This document shows, piece after piece, positions 49,835 to 63,479 of a stretch of DNA of 64,000 bases. Source of the stretch: Marsupella aquatica (taxonomy: Eukaryota; Plantae; Marchantiophyta); assembly GCA_973895155.1 (NCBI GenBank), contig OZ316892.1, positions 28,544,307 to 28,608,306 on the forward strand, in the 5' to 3' direction. Position numbers and translations under genes: made by a program. The notes beneath the pieces were generated by a model that was not told the DNA's origin, ran no database searches, and saw nothing but the letters and a program-made list of their open reading frames with translations. Positions within the stretch are counted from its first letter, which is position 1, and every line of letters begins with the position of its first letter.

Positions 49835-52800
49835 TGTGACACGGGAAGCGATGTGACACGGGAAGCGTGTCACTAGACATGACACAAGTAACAGATTATG
49901 ACATATATGGTCATTAGGACCGTAGCCGTATAGTTAGGATGGTCGAAGAACAGTCTTTGCAATTATGATTAGACTAGGAATAGGATAGTCAACTTAATGA
50001 TTAGTAGTTACGTTGCGCATAATAGGGATCATCCACGGTACGATGGCGGCGGTGGAGTAAAAATACGTTATGACGGATCACGCTTGGACCGAGACATTTG
50101 ATCAAAATCAATTAACGACGGCTAACGGCCCTCGATGCTCTCATGCCCGAGCTTGCCCAAGAGCCCCCATAAGAGCCCAGTCGATGGTGCGGCAACCCAT
50201 TTGCCCCTTCACGCTTCTGAGAATTCGTGGACGTCGTTAGTTGCTTTTGTGTTTAGCCTTGCTCACTTCCACCCCGACTTCCACTTTCATCGAAGAAAGT
50301 CAAAGGTTGTGTGCGTATTGTGGCGAGATTTAGTCGGGGCGGGGAAAGTCTTCACAGGCGATCGGGGACCTTCGACACTACAAGGAGAAAGCTGGGGAAG
50401 CAAACTCGACCAACGGATTGCGAAGGTTAATATGACCCTTATAGCTCTTGGATTTTGGACCTTGTTTGGCGAGGTAGGCGCTAAGCTCTCAGAAACTTAT
50501 TGGTATTCTTGCCCCGAGAAAGCCTCCTACAAACGACTTCAAATACGCAAAATTGGTGATCAGGGTAGCACAAATTAACTGCGAGTCAGAAGGCAACGCT
50601 TACCATGGCTTCGAACTACAACGAGCTAGAGGACTACATTACCGAGTTGTACATCAACGAGGAAGGATTCAGATTGGTAGCAGAGGCAATTCTCGTGGTC
50701 CCTGCAAAGTTCTTTAGGTTGAAGGGCAGCCGGAAGCTGACTCAAGCGGAGTTCAACAAGATTTTGGGTTACATCAAGCAACAGATTGTGGCCGAGAGGC
50801 GGGAAGAAGACATCAGCAGACAATGGGAAGCGACACGTAATCTCACGTTTCTCGGTGAGAGCTCCAACGCCTTCAACTAGGATATGGCTACCCCGCCGGC
50901 GCCCGCAACCACTCGGCCTATTGCCACGGCTACCTGCATATCCCCGAACCAGGCCTAAGTCTGTCCGGTGAATAACATTGTTCATCAGGTTCCAATGGAC
51001 GTGTTAGTCTGCAACTAGAGCAACGCTCCCGCAAGCGGGCTAGGACAACGCCGGGTCCGGAGCCAACTACATGGACTAACCCCACCCCCTTGCCCGCTCC
51101 AGCCCCGGCCAACCCACCAACCAACACCCAGTCCCGGAGGACCCCCGACCACCGGCAGCCAAACTTGCTGCAAGTAATTCGCGTCCCCGAGGTAGTCTGG
51201 TCCGCTGATCAAGAACCCCACGCACGAGGACTATCTCAAGGAGCATCAGTTGGCGCAGTTTGCTCATTTACCATGGAGGCATACACCGTCGGGGCAAGGG
51301 AGATTTACGAGTTCATCTCCAATTTTGACATAATTGACACGCCTGCCACCAAAGTATCAGGGTAGACCTTGTCACTAACAGAGTATCGATTGGCCCAAAT
51401 CTTGTCTACCAACCGGGTCCGTATTGCTTGAACTTTGGATCCGAGATAAGGAGTATACTCCCCAGCATTTCAAACCCAAGGGCAAGACAGACAACGGTTA
51501 TAAGCAGGGGTCATGTACCAACCTAACCTGTATAGAGCGGGTAAACTTCATACAGACTACTATACACATGATCAAACCACGGTCCGAGATCTCCCTCTAT
51601 ACGATTGTGCAAGTGGAACAGTACAAGCGGCGGAACAGGGCCCAATTCTTCAGCCGTCGGTTCTAATTGGGGGAGCTTAGGCGGGCTCAAACATGAATGC
51701 CAATTGGGGGAACGCCCTACCTGGGAAGTCACATCGCCATCATCGATCCTAGGTTGGTACAAGGCGCAGCGGGAGGCCAGAGGGAAGAATATGGCCACCT
51801 CGGCCCCAACCAACGTTGCCCCCACTTCCAGAGGTACTGCACTGAGCAAACCGATTACCACACCTCAGGTAAACCCTAAACTCGCAGCACCACGGACTAC
51901 TCCCCCGCCCTCCCCTGCGTTAGGCCCCAATGTGAACAATGGGCCGCCCCCGTTGTCCCCCATCGTCGAACCCCTGCTACCCACGACACAACCACCGGGA
52001 CAACCACCTTCAATCCCGCCACCACCTGAAGAACCCGTCCCTTCCCCATTGCAGGCTACGGAGGAAGTCGTCGCCCCAACCGTGGATGCACCTTTGCCCA
52101 AGAGTATGGAGGACTACCAAGTAGTCCCTGGAACCTTAGCCCACGATCTGGTCCAGAAATTTAGCCAGAACCTGTCGGGGGAACTAGTGACATACATCGG
52201 GCAGCAGGTCGCGCAATACTTCCAACTGGCCTTCATCATGTTAGAACACCAACCGCGGATTGTGAACCGCTTGGAGGATGAACTCATGGCGAAGGGAAAC
52301 GAGATCGGAGATCTCTAGATGACAGTGGAGCGGCTGGAGGAGGCAGCCACTGTGCGTCGTGATGAGTTAGTCTGCACCACCGAACAACGAGACGGACTAA
52401 ACCAGGAGTTTCTCAAAGCTCAGGCTGACCTTAAGGAACTTGAGGCCATTATGCTTCAACTTTGGTCCAAGTCCTCTACTCGGGTTAACAGCCTGTCCGA
52501 CCTCAACAACCAATTTCTTCAGGCTGTCCTGCAGGTGACCGTTATCTCCGCCGAATGAGATAAACTGCTGGCACAGAACTAGACCCACCGCGACACCAGC
52601 GTCCAGCTCAGTCAAGAGGTGGCATGGCTCCAGACTGAGGCCGACAAAGTCGCGAACAAGGCGGAGGAGGCGGTACGGGATAACAAGGCCTTGCAGGACC
52701 AGATTATGCTGCTCATAATCCAGCGAGATAGGGCGGGAATCGCCTCTAATCAAGGCGGCTCAAGGCCTCGTCCTGACAAAGGGACAAACCCTGGACCGAC

Positions 52801-53658
52801 AACATAACACGCGCAAGGGGTGGTTAGTGCAGGGGGCGGTTCAACGGACTAAAAATGACAGACAGTAGGCTTAGACATTGGTGCCATGGTCAACGACCCT
52901 TGCCACTGACAGTCAACCAGTCAGTAGGAAGGTGGTCAACCGCGTCAGGAGGTAGTTAGTTAGTTCCATTTCGAGGGAGGTAGCAGCTCCCCCGCCCCTT
53001 TCTGCAGGAAGTATTTAGGCTCCCCCTTCCGCTAGGGAAAGGGGGAGACTTATGGTTCATTTCAGTAAGCAAGAACATCGCGGGCGGGGAGTCCCAGCCT
53101 GAGTAAGATCAGAGAGTACTGAGTGAGAGCTAGAGTCGAGCTTGTTGGGCAAGTGCGAGGCAGGGCCTCGTAGAGACTGGGCATCGACCGCCGTTAGACC
53201 TGCTGATCACTTAGAAGTCAAGTCAACCGTGTAAAGTGCTTCTTCTTATCTGAGTAAACCTGGTCTTTCCCTCCGATTAAATTGTGAGTAAGTTATGTTG
53301 TGTGCATGTCTTGCCTTGACAAAGGCGCCATTTTAAGGGACGTACCGGGTGCGGACGAATGGTTGGGATTATCGGGAAGTGGATGCTGCAAATTCTGGTC
53401 ACGGCAATGGCTTGAAAGTTCCCAAGCTGGGAGTTAGTCCAAGTCACTAACTATGGGATCCTTCCAGCGGTGGAAACTAAACATACCTATGATGTCTGTA
53501 ACGGTTGTGTAATATTATACCGGTGCATATATGCATATAGTCCGACTTAGACTAACCAGGGCCACTACACCCCTCCTTGCCCGAATCTCACCCCTATTGG
53601 TGGTCGTGCGCATGCCAATGAGTTACTCGGATTTAAGGCCCGTGTTATTGACGCGACA
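49835..53658 (+). mobile_element. ~3.8-kb TG...CA-bounded LTR-retroelement-derived unit carrying a decayed non-Gag/Pol ORF
   Basis: Starts TGTGACACG and ends ACGCGACA. Flanks GTTGA/ATTGA (4/5 TSD match). ORF pieces at 50605-52807 include a Pro-rich linker and coiled-coil. Confidence 0.55.
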
Positions 53659-53826
53659 ATTGATCTTTGTACATTGATTTTAATCTCCTGTTAACCATCG
53701 TTTTTTCTAGTTGTTTGGTTGAACTATGTTCAGCTATGTGATGGGGGACCAAAAAAGTCCCCCAAGATACTTTTGTTGTGCAGTACATACCAAAACAATG
53801 GACTGCAATAGTGGACTTCTATAGTG

Positions 53827-54002
53827 GACTTCTATACAATTTCTCTTGTTCTGAAGAGACCAAAACAAAATCCAATGTATTGTGTACAATATTTGTATTC
53901 AGTCCAGATCATGGTGACTTCTATACCATTTCTCTTGTTCTGAAGAGACCAAAACAAAATCCAATGTATTGTGTACAATATTTGTATTCAGGCCAGATCA
54001 TG
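53827..54002. repeat. Tandem duplication, ~89-bp unit
   Basis: ATTTCTCTTGTTCTGAAGAGACCAAAACAAAATCCAATG... present twice. Confidence 0.88.
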
Positions 54003-54802
54003 ATGGCAGAGGAAAAGTGATGAGGGACACATTTAATGCTTTGTCTTTTGCGTTTACTTCATTATTTTATTTTGATTCACTTTGTTTGTCTTTAGCTGAG
54101 TATAGTTAATACTTGCTCTTTTTTAAGTCCTAATGTGACCACGGGCCTGGTTCTGCTTGGTGTCCAGTGGATTGTTATGGGGAAACTGGCAGCAAAAGTG
54201 TAAGACGGATCATTTTTGTAAAGTACGATACTGCACTGTAGATCTTCCCCAATTAATTTTTCTTTTTCCACTTTCTTGGTTTCCCTTTGCACAAGTTTTT
54301 GACGTTGGTGTTTGTACCCTTTGGACCTCTTTTGCCATTAACTCATCTTTTCCATTTTTCCTTTTTGGTTTCCAGTTTCTAGATTTTTTAGGTTACTTTC
54401 CCTTTGCACACTTATTTTGACCCTGGCGTTATGAGCTTTGGAACTCTTTTGCTTTTTACTGATTGTACTTTGTTTGGTACTCTTTTGCTTTACAGGCATT
54501 GCACTTTGTTGGATCCTTTTTGCAAATATTTAACTTTTGCCTGTATGATTTCTCTCTAGATGATTTTAATACTCATTGATTGGGTGGACTTAGGCAATCA
54601 CTCCGAGCCATGCAAGTAAGGAGGTCAGCCTATTCTCCAATTGAAAGTCTTCTAGAAGAAATTTAATAAAATTTAGATTCAATGATTAATGGTTCAAACA
54701 TTTCCAAGCTTTAACTAGTTTGTTCAAACCATCTCAATGTGTTTCTTCAACCTCATTTCAAAAGATTTTTGGGTCATTCTCTGTATGCAGGGAAGTTCGA
54801 AT

Positions 54803-55040
54803 AGTGAACTTCAGTATGAACTCAGCTCTTTGATACCTGGAAGACCAAACTTGTCTGTATTTTCTACTTCATACTTACTAGTAAGTACTACCCAATTCCT
54901 TCATTCCATGTGGAGGAGCTAGGAGTGAACTTCACTATGAACTCAGCTCTTTGAAACCGAGAAGACCAAACTTGTCTCTATTTTCTACTTCATACTTGTA
55001 AGTACTACCCAATTCCTAACTTCCATGTGGAGGAGCTAGG
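54803..55040. repeat. Tandem duplication, ~121-bp unit
   Basis: AGTGAACTTCA.TATGAACTCAGCTCTTTGA...TTCCATGTGGAGGAGCTAGG present twice. Confidence 0.88.
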
Positions 55041-55216
55041 GTTCACTGAACTTCGCTTAGTTCTTTCAATTCAAAATAGAGTTCCCCCCATCTCTCATTG
55101 GCCTGGGGAAGGGTTGGTTGTTGTATGGACTGGGCCAAGTGCCATGTAGATGTACTCCATTTGAAATTATAGTCCACTGTCTAGTTATGACTCGCTAAGA
55201 ACAAATGCACTTGATG

Positions 55217-55640
55217 TGAGTCGCGGAGCTCGACTGCTCAGATAGCACGGTCTAGCTCAAGTGTCTCTAACTCGGACGCCGAGCTCCTCTAGGGTCCAGG
55301 CGCCGGGATGGCCATCCAGAAGGGACTAAGTGAAGGATACTTATGAGCAAGGAAGTGTTATTCTAGCAAAGGCAATGTGATGCATGAGCTAGAGTCATGC
55401 ACAAAGGATCCAGACTAGCATTAAGAGTTGGTCAGGTCATGAGATGAGCCGGGCTTAGGGAGGACCCCCGGGCGGACCGAGGGCTTGAGTAAGAGCTCTT
55501 CTTGGGCTTAAGTGGAACAAAGTTTAGTTCATGCGTACTGAACGCTTATTTAACGCATAAGAAATAGCGGGGCTCAGGGGTGAGCCGCCTGGAGCGAGAC
55601 CCCCGACGGACGTTGAGTCCTGAGGGCCCAAGCATGAGCA
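55217..55640. repeat. Diverged repeat-family copy, inverted relative to 63039-63479
   Basis: GAGTCGCGGAGCTCGACT...GACGCCGAGCTC...GGTCCAGGC...CCATCCAG aligns to the reverse complement of 63375-63480. Confidence 0.6.
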
Positions 55641-57419
55641 CCACTTCGGACCAATCACAACGCACTAACCAAGGCACTTCACATGGGGTTTCACCTACAT
55701 ACTCTTAACAAGAAAGTGATGGGTTGAGCAGGTTAGCTCTGAGTCTGCTGAGTCGACTCCATTGGAGTCCTGGTGGGGGGACCAAAAATTTTGTTCTTCT
55801 CAACTCAAGGAATCCAAAGATGTAACTTTAAAAAAAAACCTTGTTTGGAGACAGAAAAATTTGATCAAAACCAAATTACATAGCTTTTTTACAGCCAAAA
55901 TAGCCAGCTTTTTGGGATTTTATTAAAAATTTAAAAATATTTTAATAAAAATTACTACAAGTTTAGGAATATTTTTTCAATTTTCTATGGAAAATTAATA
56001 AAACCAAACATTTGATATGACTTCACACTTTTCAAATTTTATTTTTTCTTATAGCCAAATTTTTAGTCCATATAAAAATGTAGACCACTTCCTGTTATAC
56101 AAGAGTTGTGTACCCGGGATTGTAAGACCAAGTGGGCCTCCCCCTATTTGCTCACCTACTTACCAACTACTATTGAGCTTGAGGCAAAACACCAGTTTTG
56201 AGATCCAAGATCAAGGCAACTTACTTACTTTTTTGTTGGTTGTTTGAATGTGCAGACAATACTCGAGACAATAGAGGCCTTTGAGAAACAATTAGTCTGA
56301 AGAGTTGCCTGGTGTGGCAACTTTGTATGGGAGTTGCCGCTGGCGATGATAGAGACATCAAGTTGCTTGCTTGTAGAGTTTTGTGTCGGCATCTGGATAC
56401 CTAGAGTCGAGCCTACAGTACTCGGAGGAGACTACTGAGTTTGGTAAGGGCACTAGGTGGCTAGCTAGGTCCACGTACCACTAGTACGTGAGATCATGAC
56501 TAAAACTTTGAAAAATATTCCAAATGTATTGAGATTCAATTGTCTTTTCCTTGCCAAGTAACCCCACCCCATGGGAAGTTCTTTCCAAAATCCTTCCCAC
56601 CAATTGTAGCCACGTTGGCACTTTTGGTCACAAACAAGAATAATGACGTTTTTAAATTAAAAACAAAGTCATATTACAACTATTCCAGTTTAAAGCAATG
56701 CAAGGAAAAACAGGTAGACTCAGTGAGTGTAAGAAGTCAGATCAAAAAATTGAATTTTATAGTAAATTTTTTTATAGAAAATAGCAGGGTAAAACAAACT
56801 AATGAATTGGATCATGTCTTGTTAGAGAGTGATGTCTCAATGTTTTACATTAAAATACTTCTTGGGGGTTTCACTTCCACAAAATGACACATCATGTGCG
56901 ACAAATTATATGACCATTTTATTGGCTCTAAGCCTTTCTCAAAAGAACAATAGGGTTTTTTAAATCCAATTTTGAGACTTATCAGTACATTAGGACCTTT
57001 TTAATCAAAATTTGGAAATATTCTAGGAATATTCCAGCTTTCTAGTGGTCAACTTTTTTTTTTTAAATCTTGCATTTTAGGAGGTCCGGGGCAGGGTACG
57101 AGGCCTAAAAACGTCGCAGGTGGACGGGGAGGCCTCCATATAGTGAGACCCTCAAGAAATGCATCTATTTGAAAAACATTGCAAGTTTTTAAAAAAAGCA
57201 AATTGTAGAAATGAAAAACAATTAGAACCCCTTGGGCCCATATTGTAAGACAGGAAAAATAATGAAAAAGAAAAGGAGGGGGGGGGGGAGGGGGGGTTAG
57301 GGGAGGGGAGGAGGGTATTAAGGTTATAAAAGATATAAATTGCAAAAATAATTAAAGAAATTATTAATTCTTATTTTGCTGTACTTTGGTGGTGGTTGCC
57401 ATGTTGCCTCTCTTTGTGT

Positions 57420-57970
57420 CATGACATCTTTCACTCGACAAATGTTTTTTTTGCAATGAGATCTTTCTAACAAAGGTATCTTTCGCACCATGGTATTTTT
57501 CTAACTACATTTTTAGCACAACGTCATCTATTACGCATTGACGTCTTTCGCTGAACTACATATTTTAGTAAACTATATCTTTTGCACAACGACATCTTTT
57601 GAGCAACCACATATTTTACTTAACGACATCTTTCATTTAAGAACATTGTAAATGCAATGACATATTTACACAACAACATGATCTTTTGTGCAACGAGACT
57701 TGACAACATATATGACTAATTATATCACTTTAGTTATGGACCATTTTGTATTTAACAACAACTCTATACTTAACAATATCTTTTCTCTTAACCATGTGGG
57801 CGTAGTGACATCTTCTCTCAATGACATCTTCTCTCAATGACATCTTTGGCTACATGACATCTATTCTCTTAACAACATATTTGGCGACACTACATCTATT
57901 CTCTTAAGTAACTACATCCTGGGTGACATGACACAGTTTCTTTTAATGACATCTTGGGTGTCATGACGTT
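57420..57970. repeat. Degenerate low-complexity array of (A/T)GACATC-type motifs
   Basis: More than 10 variants of GACATCT/ACATAT at irregular spacing. Confidence 0.6.
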
Positions 57971-58740
57971 TTTCACATTTTTTTTCTTCACTACATCTAT
58001 TGTAGAAGGCAAAGGTATTGAGCTCGTACATATAATTATAATAATATATAGAACATGGCATCGTCTTAGGCGCAACATTTTCTAGGTAGTAAGTCAAGTG
58101 TCGGTTCAGGTGTCAAGCATGGGTTCAGTCGCTTCATCCCTGGTAGCTTGGCTTCAAGCTTCCAGATATATTGTACCACAGAATGGGCTGTGGTTGGCTT
58201 GGAGTTCCATTCTCCAGACCACTAAAAGTTATGTCCAGACAGCTACAGACGCATCGTGAAGTCCAGACGAAAAAAGCACTTACAAAGAAGACATGCTTAA
58301 TTACCCGACTCGGCTAATCAAACCCAGCCCTTCGAGCTCGAATGAGTCATGTCCGGTACAGGATACACTCCGGTTGGCTATAGATATGGATCGATTGGTA
58401 GTCTAAAACGTGATCGAAATGACCTTCTGAACCAATCAACGTCCAGTAGCTTGCATATTATCAGATATACTGTTTGAAAATTTGCTGTTATACATCAAAT
58501 TGAATAATTACACTTGGTGGCTAAGAGTGTCTCACTTCTTTCTGATATATCAGTAGCGATGAGACACCAAAACAATGAACTTGATCCTTGACAGACCGAT
58601 CCTTCAACTATTGGAAGGATGAAAACTTCTTTCCTAAGACCCGTCCTGGTATCTATCTAAATTTTCCTACTGACATAAATTTCTACAACAAATATTCCAG
58701 ATTTAAACAGATGTTTGACAACTACGTACTGGTCGTTGAT

Positions 58741-58822
58741 TTTGCAGATTACTGTAGTTTGCAGATTACTGTAGTTTGCAGATTACTGTAGATGTCAAAT
58801 TTGACATCTACAGTAATCTGCA
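58741..58822. repeat. Three tandem 17-mers running into a perfect 46-bp palindrome (58777-58822) in the 3' UTR of 2OGD copy 2
   Basis: (TTTGCAGATTACTGTAG)x3; TGCAGATTACTGTAGATGTCAAA|TTTGACATCTACAGTAATCTGCA. Confidence 0.93.
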
Positions 58823-58843
58823 TAAACTCAATAGCACTGGCAA

Positions 58844-60708
58844 CTATTCCCGGTTGATTTCGTAGCGGGCATGGGGTGAAATTCCTGCACCGACGTCCTT
58901 GGCGAAGTTTGGTGCGTAAGTTCCATACACCAGAGAGGTGTATTTTGGTTTTTCGCCATATCTCTCCAGCACAGCGTCTAGTGGCTTGATAATGCACTTT
59001 GGTCCAGGAGTAGCAAAAGCAGCAACGGAAAGACGTGAGCTATTCCGATTTACCAGCACTCTGTGCAGAACACTGTGTAATCTCCCGTTGCTCATGATCT
59101 GCATTATGATAGAGGAAACAAAGATTAATTAATACCATTCACATTCCAAGTTATCATCTACTTTCTCTCTATAAGTATTTGGACGACCAATCAAATCATA
59201 GCAACTCCAGTGGCACGCGCTGAAGCTTCACATACCTCGACTTGATTGGCAACATTGACCAGAATTGATCCTTTGTTTGCTCCTGCTCGCGATGGCACAT
59301 CCAGCCACCCTGTAGTGCCACGTTTTTGTACCTGCAGACCTCCCACGTCGTCTTGCAGCAGCAGTGTCAGGGAGCCAAAATCCTTGTGCGCACCCACCCC
59401 CAGAACTTTCTCGGGCTCGCTGCACTTTGGATAGTAATTGAGCCGGATTATCAAATGAGACTCGTCTTCAGCCGCTTGAGCGTCGAAGAGGGTGTCGGGA
59501 CCAAGACCCAGATACACCGAAAGGGCCTTCCACACGACCTGAAGGATTTTCTCCATTCCTTGAGTGTAATCTTCTATCAAACCCCTGTACACTCAGGTTG
59601 TTACATCCGTTAGAAATATTTCATAAATGTTCGATCGAGGACAACTCAATTTAAGAGCTTCTCTACTCCTGAAGTAAGATCGATCTAACGGGATCATTAG
59701 AGTTTTGCTATCCATGGACGCTGTATATACGATGAAGGGCCTCATCTCAGGCCGACAGATTCACAATGTCATCTCTCTCATCTAACCAATGTGCGAAGGA
59801 GTCTAGGGAAGGAATCAATGAAGAATGCAATGTACCTGTAAGCCTCGGGCTTCTTTGGAATTCGATCACGGGTGGCTGTTGGGATGGGTCTGATATCGTG
59901 GCGCAGTACGTCATTCCAGAAGCGAGTCCGAGCAGGACCCTTACCGGCCAAGCTGAAGTCCAGTCTGCCATAGCCTTCAGTCTCACCGGGCCTCACTGCA
60001 TACTTCTCCTTCTCTTCCATCGGCAGCTGGAAAAACTCATTTGAAACCTTGATCACGTCGTCAATGAGCTCCTGGGTGATTCCATGGTCGACCACCTGGA
60101 CTCATCATGCATGTACACACTGTCCTTCAGTATTACATCAAACAATTAATCGTATGTATATCTGCACGCAGCGTAACGTACTGCATAGTTTTTTAGAATT
60201 TGGCCAGCAAAATAACGTGTGAGAACCGAATGGGTTGTTCCCCAGTCTCAAAAATTCTTCTCTTGACCCACTAGACTCAGTCGGGTCCACAGCAATTGTA
60301 GCCAAATATCGTGAGATGGATGCAAATGTGCAGAAGTTGTATCAAACCAACCTGGAAAAACCCCCATTCCTCGGAAGCCTTTCCCATTTCTTCGATAATT
60401 TTCTTCGAGGCTTCTTCGTCCCCGGGTTGTTGCTGATTGGCGAAGAACCTCATCAGAGGTGCCAAGTTAATAGTTGGATAGCCGAACTGTGGCTTGGACT
60501 CGTCATCATCACCCCAATTCCTGTTAGGTATTTTCTTTTCGTCAGTGACCACAAACTCGTGAGGGACCTTCGCCATGTCTTCGTAGGCCTCGACTGGAGA
60601 CTCCTTCAATTTCAGGCTCTTCTCGGCTTTGGATTCGAGTGTCCCATTCTGAGCTATGTCCCGATCAGTTCCATGTTGCGCTAGCGCCACCGCCGGCGCC
60701 GGCGCCAT
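58844..60708 (-). CDS. 2-oxoglutarate/Fe(II) dioxygenase (DOXC class), copy 2; exons 60708-60352, 60095-59836, 59584-59236, 59098-58844; 406 aa
   Basis: Same motifs and intron positions as copy 1; open 1221-nt CDS. Confidence 0.93.
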
Positions 60709-63038
60709 CGTATTAGCCTGAGCTGATTGAGCTAGCTTGATTGACGTGGAGGTCTTCGTGTACTCCAATTTAGACAGCTCGAGCTCTCACTCTACACTGA
60801 CTAGCTCTCAATTAGCTCGAAGAAACCAAATCTCCAATGGCGCTCCTCCCTTTCAACTCCACTAAGCAATCTCGTAATCAATTACTCTTTGCTACACAAT
60901 CTGTCTTCTAAGACGTACAGGAAAGTGGCTCGGTATTCATTAAGCAGCAGATGGATGACAATTGCAATGCAGGTGAAAAATGAATCAGAATTGTTGAGTT
61001 TGCCGATGTCTGAGCTTCATTATATACTGGCGGGCGTCGATGATCTGCAGCAGCTTCTATGGTAGCAATGTACGCTGTTCGGAGTCGTTCACTACATCAC
61101 GTCTACCAAAAGAGCAATTCTGGACAGTGGTGATTCGGAATCAAAACTTTGGACCGGGTCCCAGTTGGTGGAGTAATTTGGACTCGGTCTTAGGGAGTCC
61201 CAACGTCAGCTTGCAAAGGTCATCTCGAAACTTTTGACCACCAAAATGTTGTCACTATTCACCACTTTTTGCCTGCCTCGAAAGTCAACTGACATCACAT
61301 CAATAACTCACTGCTTTCGATGGACTCGGGCCAGTAGTCCGTCGCAATCTGATTAGATTCTATGATCTTGAGTACCATACAGTTATCTAGGGTCATCGAA
61401 TAGACCTCTGGGCAATTGACTTTTCGCATGGCCGCAAATTAATAGACGATGGACTTTTAAGACGAAAAGTTTTTGAAGGAAGAGCCAAATTTGGAGATAT
61501 TTCGAGGATAATCTCAGTCAATAAATGCGAATCACTTGAATGCAGAATTAACCAACAAGAATGAAGAACCAACAACAAATACTAGTGAATAATAAGAACT
61601 CCACAAGAGTATTTCCTTGGGCACACTACTTGCTACTGTAGTATTTGTAGACACCATATACCTCAATGGGCCCTGGGTTCTTGTAAAGCCCAACCAACTG
61701 CTTCAACCTTTCCACTTATTATACAATCCAGATTTCATCTCATAGGGAATAAGATAGAGGAAATAGCTTCCAACTCCTTGAAAAGCCACCGTCCCTGATG
61801 ATGAAGACCATGCTCTACCTCAATCTTTGCTTCCAAGAGAGCTAATTTGTATGCCAAATGTCTGTATTCAATTGAAAGATTCAATTAAAAGATCTTTCAA
61901 GCCGCAAAAAAATGTCTGTATTCAATCAAGATTCAGTGAGGGATTGGGCTGCCAAAGAGCCAAGGAGGTGAGATGGCGGGCGTTATGTAAGAAGGTGGAG
62001 TGAATTATTTCAAGAATTATGCTCCAGAAATGGAGGTCAAAATACAACAAAAGACATTAAATATGATTGTGAGTTGGAAATCATGCTATCCAAAGCCTGC
62101 TATCCAAATCCCAGGCACAAAAGTACAATGGAACAAATCTATAGTTGAAATATATACTTCACTATCAAAATTTACCTTTCATGAGCTACTCTATATGAAT
62201 TCCCTAGTAACAAAAAAATTGAAATTTAGAGTATGCTAGGGATAGGCTTGCATGGGAGTCAGGGTACAAGCTAGCTGGGCTACAAGGAGCCCTTCCCATG
62301 CATGGGCATGAGTACTTGGGCTAGTAACAGGAAAACTGTGTGCTTTAGCAGAATCTTGCTCAACTCTCCACTTGGGCATGTACCTCCTGCCCGTTGGGCA
62401 AAACAAAACAAGCATTGCTTACAAACACGTACAACTCAACCCAATTTGTTTTATAATTGAGCAAGGCATCTGAAAGCTAGTATTAGGGTTGATGGCTTTG
62501 GCCAAGCACGGGGCCAAGCATGAATATATATCAGTGCAACTGTTTGCAGAGGATAGCACTTAAGTTGTCGGTTTTCTTCACTTGTCTTTAGAGTGGCTTA
62601 CCCTCATGATATGCAATCATTCTTTATAGCAAAAACTATGAATTATTAAGAAATTGGTGGTCCATAATGTTGAAGTATGACGTCTTCCTTCATGACAATA
62701 CAATCATAACTCATATCATGCTCACGTAGTCGACACAATCCATACATGGTTCACCTCTTCTCCAAGACTATATCCACACGAACACAACAACTTTATTTCA
62801 GAGTAGTGAAACACACAAGCTCTCTCTCTTCCTCAAGTTGTTTTGTTACAATGAGCAAGCACCACATACCAGCGGCTTACACTAGCCCAACCTAGTATAT
62901 GCAAGGTCATACACGACTAACCTAACCTCAGCTAAGTCCCTAACTATGGTTAGCTTAAATGCCGTAACCTATGAGTCACAAGACCAAGAGCAATCCTTAA
63001 CACAACAGTTTTTTTCACTTGTCTTTAGAGTGACTTAC

Positions 63039-63479
63039 AATGGTGTGATCGGGCCGACCCAATGCTCATGCCTAGGCCCTCAAAACCCGTCGTCACGCGG
63101 GACCCCTGATCGGCCAAACCTGGGTTGGGCTGTAACTCGTGCCCCAAGCATCCGTTGCATATGGAGTAAACTCCATTTGCCTTGGGACCAAGAGGAGCTT
63201 TCACCCAAGCCCTCATAACTCAAAGTCGTACGGGGGTCCGGACGGTCGACCTTGAGTCCGGCCCTTTCCCCTGACCCGACCAGCCCTCAACTAGTCTAAG
63301 TCCTTAGTGTGTGTCACCAATTTAGCGTCTTGCCTTCGCCAGTGCCACGCCCATTGTCCACAAGTCTCCCCATGCTAAGCCCTCCCTGGATGGTCGTTCC
63401 GGGCCTGGACCATAGGAGAGCTCGGCGTCGGAGTCAATGACGCCAGAGCTAAGTGTTAATGTAGTCGAGTTCCGTGACT
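63039..63479. mobile_element. ~440-bp insertion flanked by CTTAC direct repeats
   Basis: The flanks rejoin to match the uninterrupted sequence at 62571-62636; homologous, inverted, to 55217-55640. Confidence 0.55.

Noticed and set aside
58050-58090. Possible Helitron 3' end (CTAG)
   Set aside because: No convincing subterminal hairpin and not followed by T.
62000-62540. Possible SWIM-finger or transposase remnant
   Set aside because: Too degraded to support; only a loose C-x-x-C...H pattern across frameshifts.
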